A program made the position numbers and the translations under genes. Below, one piece after another: positions 56,656 to 64,000 of a stretch of DNA of 64,000 nt. The notes below the pieces were generated by a model. The model saw nothing but the letters and a program-made list of their open reading frames with translations. It was not told where the DNA came from and ran no database searches. Source of the DNA: an uncultured Pseudobdellovibrionaceae bacterium (GTDB taxonomy: Bacteria; Bdellovibrionota; Bdellovibrionia; Bdellovibrionales; Bdellovibrionaceae); assembly GCA_964648725.1 (NCBI GenBank), contig CAZYOE010000001.1, forward strand, positions 7,424 through 71,423, written 5' to 3'. Positions within the stretch are counted from its first letter, which is position 1. Each line of letters opens with the position of its first letter.

Positions 56656-57635
56656 AACTCTGCTCCCTTCGCTTGAGGGTGGTGCAACCAACATCGGCCC
56701 ATGTGAGTGTTATCATAAAACTCACGAGGACTAAGTTCGTTACAAATCTTCATCGCCTTCTTACAGCGAGCATAAAAGCCGCAACCCTTAGGAGGGGCAA
56801 ACAAATCCGGCGGCGCCCCTTCAATGGAAGTAAGCTGAACTCGATCGCGGGAGGGAGAGGGTAAGGCCTGCTTCAACCCTAGGGTGTAAGGATGACGACT
56901 GCGATAAAAAACTTCCTGCGCCGTTCCTTGTTCAACTACTTGGCCCGCATACATAACGGCCACATCATCGGCCATTCGAGCAACAACTCCGAGATCATGG
57001 GTAATGATTACTAAACCCATATTGTTTTTAATTTGGAGTTCCTTCAGCAAATTTAAAATCTGAGCTTGAATGGTAACATCAAGAGCTGTTGTTGGCTCGT
57101 CAGCAATCAGCAATTCAGGTTCACAAGCTATAGCCATGGCAATCATCACCCTTTGTCGCATACCACCTGAAAATTGAAACGGATAGTTGTGCACCCGATT
57201 TTTGGCTTCAGGAATATGAACATCTTCGAGGAGTTTTATGGCCCGCTTATGAGCGTCTTCCTTCGATAGACTGTTGTGGATCAGTAAAGTTTCCATAATC
57301 TGATCCCCAACAGTCATCGTTGGATTTAAGGAAGTCATAGGGTCCTGAAAGATCATACCAATATGCTTGCCCCGAATCTTATTGAGTTCGCTCACAGGCT
57401 GTCCAAGCATTTCAATATCATTAAAGCGAGCTGAACCGGCGACAATCCTACCAGGAGGACTTGGTATTAGTCCCAAAATAGATTGAACGGTCACCGACTT
57501 TCCACAGCCAGATTCGCCAACAATAGCGAGAGTTTTTCCCTTCTGAACGTCTAAATTCACTCCCCTAACCGCTTGAACGGTGCCGCCATAGGTTGAGAAT
57601 TCAACTTTGAGATCTCTAATCGACAATAATGACAT
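56652..57635 (-). CDS. Oligopeptide/dipeptide ABC transporter ATP-binding protein (OppD-type)
   Basis: 327 aa. [25 protein letters not shown]. Confidence 0.9.
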   Translation of the reverse strand: MSLLSIRDLKVEFSTYGGTVQAVRGVNLDVQKGKTLAIVGESGCGKSVTVQSILGLIPSPPGRIVAGSARFNDIEMLGQPVSELNKIRGKHIGMIFQDPMTSLNPTMTVGDQIMETLLIHNSLSKEDAHKRAIKLLEDVHIPEAKNRVHNYPFQFSGGMRQRVMIAMAIACEPELLIADEPTTALDVTIQAQILNLLKELQIKNNMGLVIITHDLGVVARMADDVAVMYAGQVVEQGTAQEVFYRSRHPYTLGLKQALPSPSRDRVQLTSIEGAPPDLFAPPKGCGFYARCKKAMKICNELSPREFYDNTHMGRCWLHHPQAKGAEL

Positions 57636-57647
57636 ATCAGATCCCTT

Positions 57648-59087
57648 CTACTCGTTAGATCGCAATTTAGGGTCAAGTGCATCTCGGAGACCATCTCCAA
57701 GAAGATTAAAAGACAACACCGTTAGGCTAATCACAACGGCTGGTGCAAAGAATTCATAGGGACGAGTGAGAAGGCTCTGAATGCCGTCATTACACATGCT
57801 TCCCCACGATGTTGCTGGCGCGGCCACGCCTAAACCAATAAAGGACAAAAATGCTTCAGTAAATATGGCTGTTGGAATTTGAAATGTCAGGGTCACTAAT
57901 ATAACTCCGATTAAGTTTGGTAGCATATGCCTCAGTATCAGGTAAATAGGTCTAGCTCCCATCATCCTTGCTGCTTGCACGAACTCACTATTGCGAAGTT
58001 GTAAGATTTGTCCGCGAACCAATCTTGCCGTGCCCGTCCAAGACAAAACCACCAAACTGATCAACAATGCGGTAATACCAGATTCACCAGGCCCAACATT
58101 CATGACAACCTTTAAGAGGATCATAAATAAAAGAAATGGTAATCCAGTGATCAAATCTGTGAAGCGCATCAGAACGGAATCGACAGCGCCACCAAAAAAT
58201 CCAGCCACTCCTCCTAATGCAATACCAAACAATACGGTCAGTAGGGACGCCAAGACTCCAATAAACAATGAGACTCGTCCTCCTGCCATTAAGCGCGCCA
58301 AAATATCTCTACCGAGCGAATCCGTGCCTAAGGGCGAAGGAGATAAGCGAACTTTGCTACCAACTTCAGATTTCACACCAAGTGCTTTTGCCGACTCGAC
58401 ATCGATGGCACTCATCACACTCACTTTAAGTGTGGCGGGAGCCTTGGATTCATCGCCATTTGCATCTTTAGCCACCAAGGCATAATAGTAGTCTCGAGCT
58501 TCCAGACTTTGGGTGTCTTCATAGCTCACCTGAGATCCTTGACTGATATCGCCCATAGGCACTCCAAGGCTATCTGCGCTTGGTGCTACTTCATTTCGAT
58601 AAAGTGAATACCCTTGGGCTCCGGGTAAATAATTCCACTTTAACACTACCCGTTGGGTTGTTGGCGCACCGACAACCGACAAACCTTCCACTTTTCCAAG
58701 TGGTGAATTCGCAGCCAAAGTGGCCATTTGATTAATCACCTCATCACTGACAATTTCCGGTTCAAAAACAGGAGCCTCACCAACAACGACTGCTGGTTGA
58801 CCTAGTGTGGGAGAGAGTGCGGGACTATTCAAATCCTGCTGGGCTGGATTTTTAGTCCATAAGAAGGGTCCCCCAAATGAAAAAACTATCAGCAAGTTTG
58901 CAAGGATAAATGCAAATAAGGATTGTTTGTTGCTGCGAAAGCGGCGAAAGGCATCTTGCCAATAGGAAAGGGAGGGCCTGACAACCATTGCTCCATTCCC
59001 CGCTTTAAAACTCTTTTGAAAATACTCTTCCGGGAATTCTAACTCTCTGCTAAACACTTTATTTTGTGTTCCCATTAATGCCTCCAT
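57648..59087 (-). CDS. Oligopeptide ABC transporter permease (OppC-type) with ~170-aa Fn3-like periplasmic insertion
   Basis: 479 aa versus ~300 typical. The OppC_N TM segment is followed by an insert (…VVLKWNYLPGAQGYSLYRNE…YYYALVAKDANGDES…), then the canonical PLGTDSLGRD and BPD_transp core. Confidence 0.85.
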   Translation of the reverse strand: MEALMGTQNKVFSRELEFPEEYFQKSFKAGNGAMVVRPSLSYWQDAFRRFRSNKQSLFAFILANLLIVFSFGGPFLWTKNPAQQDLNSPALSPTLGQPAVVVGEAPVFEPEIVSDEVINQMATLAANSPLGKVEGLSVVGAPTTQRVVLKWNYLPGAQGYSLYRNEVAPSADSLGVPMGDISQGSQVSYEDTQSLEARDYYYALVAKDANGDESKAPATLKVSVMSAIDVESAKALGVKSEVGSKVRLSPSPLGTDSLGRDILARLMAGGRVSLFIGVLASLLTVLFGIALGGVAGFFGGAVDSVLMRFTDLITGLPFLLFMILLKVVMNVGPGESGITALLISLVVLSWTGTARLVRGQILQLRNSEFVQAARMMGARPIYLILRHMLPNLIGVILVTLTFQIPTAIFTEAFLSFIGLGVAAPATSWGSMCNDGIQSLLTRPYEFFAPAVVISLTVLSFNLLGDGLRDALDPKLRSNE

Positions 59088-60025
59088 TAGGCCCCCGCTA
59101 TTCGAATTCTTGGATCAATGAATCCATAAATAATATCGACCACGATCACTACCAAAACGAGATAAGCCCCATAAAAAACGGTGAGTCCCATGATCACAGT
59201 GTAGTCGAGTTGTTGCACGGCTTGAACAAAATAACGTCCTAAACCTGGTATGGCGAAAACAATCTCCGCCACAAATCCACCCGTAGTGATGGCGGCAACC
59301 GCCGGCCCTAAAAAAGTAATGACGGGTAACACCGCGTTTCTTAATTGATGCTTTAAAAAGATCTGTAAGGTGGAGACGCCTTTAGCTTTAGCTGTTCTGA
59401 TATAATCTTGGTGAACCACTTCCAACATGGACGATCTCATTAACCGTGCCAGAAAGGCCATCGTGCCCAAGCCAAGAATGAGACCAGGCAAAATCATATG
59501 GGAAAAGGTTCCCCAACCCGCCACGGGCAGAACTTCAATGCCTGTGCGTTTTTTTATTTCCGCGATTAAAACCTGACCAAAAGCTGCAAATACAAAGCTC
59601 GGCACTGATACAAATAAAATTACCATTGACATGATCGATCGGTCCGCGAATTTGTTTCGCTTTAGAGCGGCGATCGCTCCGCCTACAATTCCTCCGATGG
59701 CCGCTGTCAAAATTGCCATGGCTCCTAAAATTGCAGACACCGGAAAGTGTTCGCGAATAATTTCATTCACCGTTCTGTTTTGTTGGGTAAAGGAGATGCC
59801 AAAATCTCCTTTGACCATATTTGCTAAAAAGGTTCCATACTGAACAAGGACGGACTTATCTAAACCATACTTTTCTTCAAGGTTCTTGCGCACCACTTCG
59901 TTGACCACTTTTCCCTTCATCAAAGGATCCCCAGGAACTGCGTGCATTCCAAAAAAAGTTATTGTGGCAATGGCAAAAACTGTTATCAATCCTACGACAA
60001 TCCGCTTTACAATGTACGATAGCAC
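59087..60025 (-). CDS. Oligopeptide ABC transporter permease (OppB-type)
   Basis: 312 aa, GTG start. MLSYIVKRI N-terminus; EAA-loop region ...DYIRTAKAKG. Confidence 0.9.
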   Translation of the reverse strand: MLSYIVKRIVVGLITVFAIATITFFGMHAVPGDPLMKGKVVNEVVRKNLEEKYGLDKSVLVQYGTFLANMVKGDFGISFTQQNRTVNEIIREHFPVSAILGAMAILTAAIGGIVGGAIAALKRNKFADRSIMSMVILFVSVPSFVFAAFGQVLIAEIKKRTGIEVLPVAGWGTFSHMILPGLILGLGTMAFLARLMRSSMLEVVHQDYIRTAKAKGVSTLQIFLKHQLRNAVLPVITFLGPAVAAITTGGFVAEIVFAIPGLGRYFVQAVQQLDYTVIMGLTVFYGAYLVLVVIVVDIIYGFIDPRIRIAGA

Positions 60026-60053
60026 GGAGCCCCCCCCCTTTTAAAGCCAAGTT

Positions 60054-61685
60054 CTATTCGACAATTTTGACCCCAGTGAGATCTAGATCAAGACCAACAG
60101 GATGACGAGCAACTCCCTGAACTTTATCCTTGTGAGTATACATTATTGTTCTTTCGTAAGTCGGGATGATTGGCAGTTCCTCTAGCAGGATCTTCTCCGC
60201 TGCAGCCATCTCTGCCATACGAACTTTTTGGTCGATGGTGCTCATGGCGTTGCGAACATGGGCATCGTAGTCTTTATTAGCCCACAATCCACGGTTATTT
60301 CCATTCCAGGAAGCAAATAAATCAACAAAGGTCAGCGCATCGGCATAATCAGGTCCCCATCCCGCGGCCACGATATCAAAATCACCGGAAGTCATTTTAG
60401 CGAGACGTTGCTTAAAGATCTGTCGATCGATTTTTACGTCAATACCTAAGGTCGTTTTAAGCAGACTTTGCATGTACTCAGACTCACGAATCGCATGTTC
60501 GGTGTCGTCAGTGAGCCAAACTAAACTAGGCGGCGTCTTCAGACCAAGCTCTTGCATAGCTTTAGCCATATATTCCTTAGCAGCGATGAGATTCGGTTTT
60601 GAAAGTGCGACTGGAAATTCTTTTCGGAAGTTCTGCTTTTCGCCTTTCATCCACGATGGCACTAGTCCAGTTCCAGGAGCCGTACCTGGGATACCGACCA
60701 CACGGCTTACAAACTCCGTTGGGTTAAAAACAGAGCGAATCGCTAACCTTAGGTTTTTGTTCGCAGTGTATCTTCCTTTTCTAAAGTTAAAGCTCCAATA
60801 AAATAGTGTACCATCAACAAATTTTTTCAGTTTAAAATTTTCACGTTGAGCATTGGCTAAGTTTTCTTTGCTGAGCTGTTGAATGATATCAATTTTTTGG
60901 GTTTTGAAGAGGTTAAAACGAGCATTTGCATCAGGAGTGATATAAGGAATGTCGATGACTTCAAGCTGAACCTTGGCTTGGTTCCAGTATTTGTCATTCT
61001 TTTCCATGCGAAGACTGGCTCCATGAACCCATTGTGTCAGTGCAAAAGGTCCATTAAATATCATATTATCAGGCCCGGAGGCATACTTGTCTTTTTTGCT
61101 GGTTACAAAATCTTCTCTCAGTGGGAAATAAGCTGCAAATGATGTCAAACCCAAAAAATAACCACAGGGTTTTTCAAAGGTCACTTCCAGAGTCTGAGGA
61201 TCTTTCGCTTCAACTCCCAATTTATTAATGGGTAACTTCCCTTGATTGATCAACTCTCCATTCTTAAGAGCATAAAGAATAAAGGCATATTCGCTAGCTG
61301 TTCTAGGATCTAGGGCCCGCTGCCAGGAATAAACAAAGTCTTGAGCCTGAACTGGCTTGCCATCACTCCAACGCGCTTCTTTGCGCAAATGAAAAGTGGC
61401 ACCCTTCTCAGTTAATTCCCATTTTTCGGCCACACCGGGGACTACATTTCCTTTCTCGTCATACCTCGTTAGTCCTTCCATCGTATGACCAATAACAAAG
61501 AAACTCTCGGTGTCTGTTGCTTTACTGGAATCTAAGTTTGGCGGCTCAGTGGTTAAGGCTAACGTAATGGTTTTTTTCGCACTAGCACTGGCCTTTGGGC
61601 CAACTAGGGTTAGAAGGCCTAATGCGGCAATTAGAGTCAATTTGACACCAGTTTTAAAAAGTACATCAGCGTTAATGCTTTTCAT
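60054..61685 (-). CDS. ABC transporter substrate-binding protein, family 5 (OppA-type)
   Basis: ATG at 61685 behind a GGGGGAG SD (the ORF track starts at 61763). Signal peptide ...LVGPKASA. SBP_bac_5-like length and pattern. Confidence 0.85.
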   Translation of the reverse strand: MKSINADVLFKTGVKLTLIAALGLLTLVGPKASASAKKTITLALTTEPPNLDSSKATDTESFFVIGHTMEGLTRYDEKGNVVPGVAEKWELTEKGATFHLRKEARWSDGKPVQAQDFVYSWQRALDPRTASEYAFILYALKNGELINQGKLPINKLGVEAKDPQTLEVTFEKPCGYFLGLTSFAAYFPLREDFVTSKKDKYASGPDNMIFNGPFALTQWVHGASLRMEKNDKYWNQAKVQLEVIDIPYITPDANARFNLFKTQKIDIIQQLSKENLANAQRENFKLKKFVDGTLFYWSFNFRKGRYTANKNLRLAIRSVFNPTEFVSRVVGIPGTAPGTGLVPSWMKGEKQNFRKEFPVALSKPNLIAAKEYMAKAMQELGLKTPPSLVWLTDDTEHAIRESEYMQSLLKTTLGIDVKIDRQIFKQRLAKMTSGDFDIVAAGWGPDYADALTFVDLFASWNGNNRGLWANKDYDAHVRNAMSTIDQKVRMAEMAAAEKILLEELPIIPTYERTIMYTHKDKVQGVARHPVGLDLDLTGVKIVE

Positions 61686-61969
61686 GAGTAAATCTCCCCC
61701 GGAATCTTGTCCTTTGACTAAAAAGTTAGTCGTCCCTAGGGGGATTTGCAATGAAGATGCCATAAACTTTAGAGCCGTTTTGACTCACGCCGATAAGCAA
61801 ATTTTATTGCTAACAAAATTTTTTTAACTGGCCAACACCATATTAGTTACAAATACATTTAAATTTCGAATCACTTTGACTTCCCCCCGAACGAAAAAAT
61901 CGCCTCTATTTGTTTCTTCCAATCTTATTGCCCCAACATCTTTAGGATATAAACCTTTGGGCAAAATTC

Positions 61970-62059
61970 CTAGACCACCGTACTATGAATGATTTTGACA
62001 CTTTGAAACCTCTCCCTCATTTTATTAGAGTTATTGATATAAACTATTTTTGTTTTCAT
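61970..62059 (-). CDS. Candidate 29-aa small ORF with a strong SD
   Basis: TAAGGAGG-N5-ATG at 62059. MKTKIVYINNSNKMRERFQSVKIIHSTVV, stop TAG at 61970-61972. ~285 nt upstream of the oppA-type ATG on the same strand. Below the ORF-track size cutoff. Confidence 0.3.
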   Translation of the reverse strand: MKTKIVYINNSNKMRERFQSVKIIHSTVV

Positions 62060-62218
62060 TTAAGCCTCCTTAAAGCATCAAATTTTTGCCCATGCTATAC
62101 CTCGATCTTAATTCCAGCTCTTGCAGTCAAGTGACTTTTAGCTAGAACTCGATATATCCCCATGAGTTGATTGAAAATATCATAATCATTTCTAATATAG
62201 AGGGAGGAGATCAATGGT

Positions 62219-63865
62219 TTGCACAATAGGCATATAGAACATTTAACCCTTCATATAGTGGTGCATTGGGCATTATTTTTTTGCTTTTTTCTAACACCAA
62301 TTCAATCTGCTTACGCACAGTCTGTACAAACGCAAAATACACGTCGCGCAGTCACTCTCGAGTGGCAAGCAATTGAGGGTGCAAGAAAATACGAACTCGA
62401 ATTGACTCCGATTAGAGATAGTGAACTCGTGAAAGATCGTTTAATCACTTTTAAAACCACAAAGACATTCTGGGATGGCTATATTGCTCCTGGACTATAT
62501 TCAATGCGATTGCGAAGCCTTGATTGGCGTGAAGTCCCTGGTGATTGGTCCGCTCCCGAAGAAGTCACCATTCGACACCAAAAAATCGGAAACTTCTCAC
62601 CTGCGCATCAAGTTATAATTAACGCAAGTCATAGCGACAAGGAGCAGATTAACTTTAGCTGGACGGGTTTTCCGGGCGCGCTCTCCTTTCAAATAAGTAT
62701 ATGGTCTAAAGATAAAACTTTTAATCGAACAGAAGAGACTTCTGAAACTGAGCTAAAGGTATCGCTTCCAGTTGCAAGTGAATATTCGTGGACTGTCCAC
62801 CCTATTAAAGTTAAGGGCGTTGAAAGTGACCCCAATGAAGAGATCGTAGACTTTACCATTATCGGAAGTGCTCTTGACAAAGTAGACCTCTCCAAGCCCG
62901 AAGATGAGTTCGTTCGCGACCTAAGTTGGAAGGTCGTCGAATTTGCAGACTCCTATGATGTACTCCTTGAGAGGCTGGAAAGTTCTGATCAATGGGTCAA
63001 TGTCGTCCAGGGGAACCAAAAAGCGCCTCAACTCAAGTTTCAGAAAAGTTGGCAAGGTGGAAACTATCGACTTTCTGTCATCGCCAAAGCGCCAAGAAGA
63101 ATCAACTCTCCCTTATCACGAATAGAGTTTAAAGTCCGAAATGGTAATCGGTCCCCCGAGGCCCAAGCCAGATATCACTTTGCCATAGCCAAGCGCCGAA
63201 CAAACAATTGGTTTATTTTGGCGAGCTATCTTATTACTGAAATGAATTATTCAGCAACGAATGTCGACTTAGGAAATATGCCGAAAGCGAAAGTTCTGGG
63301 TGGCACAGGTCGTCTCGGTATGGGATTTCTCAATGAAAAGCTCTCCTGGGGATTTCTGGGTATTGTTGATGACTCAGGATTTATTTTTAACGGCAAAGTA
63401 TACACTTTTCCTGGCTTAGAGGCTTTAGCTATTTACCGTGCGAGCATTCGATTAAATACTGAGACTCGCCTCTCTGCTGGACTCTATTACAAGGAAGTGC
63501 CAGAAATTTTGGGCAATTCTCGAACAAATAGTTTTGTGTTGAGCCAACTCAAGATGTATGGCCCTCAGATAGGACTTGAACATCTTATACAATTTGACGA
63601 AAAATTCGGGGCCCAAGCCAATGCAAGAGTCTATCTACCAACTGGGGGTACAACTCCTAATGGTAAAGCCATTATGCCCGCTCCAAGCTATCAATTTGGT
63701 ATTATGGGTTCCTACCGGTTTCGCAAAAATGCTTGGGGACACGCAGGTTATGCGTATCGTAAGGACGTTACTCGATACCAATCTAAGTTTTCATCGGGCA
63801 GCAATTATAATGAGGCATCAATCACTGGAAATTATCTTAATCTTTACTTAGAATGGGGAATCTAA
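62219..63865 (+). CDS. Outer-membrane protein: three Fn3-like N-terminal repeats + C-terminal beta-barrel-like region
   Basis: TTG start behind GAGGGAGGAG. Signal peptide ...PIQSAYA. Repeats VTLEWQAIEGARKYELEL, INFSWTGFPGALSFQISIW, LSWKVVEFADSYDVLLERL. Ends ...YLNLYLEWGI. Confidence 0.5.
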   Translation: MHNRHIEHLTLHIVVHWALFFCFFLTPIQSAYAQSVQTQNTRRAVTLEWQAIEGARKYELELTPIRDSELVKDRLITFKTTKTFWDGYIAPGLYSMRLRSLDWREVPGDWSAPEEVTIRHQKIGNFSPAHQVIINASHSDKEQINFSWTGFPGALSFQISIWSKDKTFNRTEETSETELKVSLPVASEYSWTVHPIKVKGVESDPNEEIVDFTIIGSALDKVDLSKPEDEFVRDLSWKVVEFADSYDVLLERLESSDQWVNVVQGNQKAPQLKFQKSWQGGNYRLSVIAKAPRRINSPLSRIEFKVRNGNRSPEAQARYHFAIAKRRTNNWFILASYLITEMNYSATNVDLGNMPKAKVLGGTGRLGMGFLNEKLSWGFLGIVDDSGFIFNGKVYTFPGLEALAIYRASIRLNTETRLSAGLYYKEVPEILGNSRTNSFVLSQLKMYGPQIGLEHLIQFDEKFGAQANARVYLPTGGTTPNGKAIMPAPSYQFGIMGSYRFRKNAWGHAGYAYRKDVTRYQSKFSSGSNYNEASITGNYLNLYLEWGI

Positions 63866-64000
63866 TCCCAGTCCTTCCCGAGATCTGATTTGTGTTACTC
63901 TTCGCTTTAAAATAACATTACTTTAATGTTTGTTTAGATATCTCATCAAATAAAAATTTGACGTCCTATCACTTAGTAATAGAGTTATGTCTATGAATTG

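Noticed and set aside
1-64000. Looked for CRISPR arrays, IS/transposase genes, prophage genes, toxin-antitoxin pairs and classical defence genes.
   Set aside because: No spaced direct-repeat array, no transposase or integrase beyond the Xer-type gene, and no recognisable defence-system domains were seen. The overlapping DUF507 pair superficially resembles a TA module, but it matches the DUF507 signature instead.

Overview
Gene-dense, AT-rich bacterial chromosomal window with about 66 protein-coding genes. I recognised no rRNA, tRNA, CRISPR array or transposase. All functional calls come from motif recognition by eye; no searches were run. The taxon impression (Bdellovibrio-like or deltaproteobacterial) is only a guess from gene content.

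Contents in order:
(i) A UvrD/AddA-type helicase-nuclease.
(ii) A receptor-less Che-like phosphorelay operon (CheY, CheX-like, FIST, PAS-HPt-CheA-core kinase), followed by a PAS/GAF-GGDEF cyclase.
(iii) Many secreted or outer-membrane hypotheticals, including a 4-gene operon with CxxCH proteins.
(iv) A Xer-type recombinase, two sigma-54 activators, an NmrA/LysR pair, and lgt-lspA.
(v) A radical SAM/SPASM enzyme translationally coupled to a 52-aa Lys-rich peptide and followed by a CHASE2 histidine kinase. Sigma-54-type promoters and an NtrC-type regulator sit next door. This is the best candidate for an undescribed system (RiPP or peptide signalling).
(vi) A class A PBP, and a DUF507 pair plus a GroES carrying a histone-H1-like tail.
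(vii) A complete panG-like/panB/panC/coaBC/coaX/panD operon.
(viii) A decayed accessory stretch (GH1 and PstS-like remnants, GT4, M14-like peptidase) with a structured repeat element.
(ix) A SixA/PHP operon, an OlsA-like/arginase/OlsB-like ornithine-lipid module and an orphan PhoB-like regulator. All are preceded by the same TTAACN-N5-TTAACN box at a fixed distance from -10 elements.
(x) apt, an AarC/Cat1-type CoA-transferase, an Opp-type ABC transporter with an Fn3-like insertion in one permease, and an Fn3-repeat outer-membrane protein.
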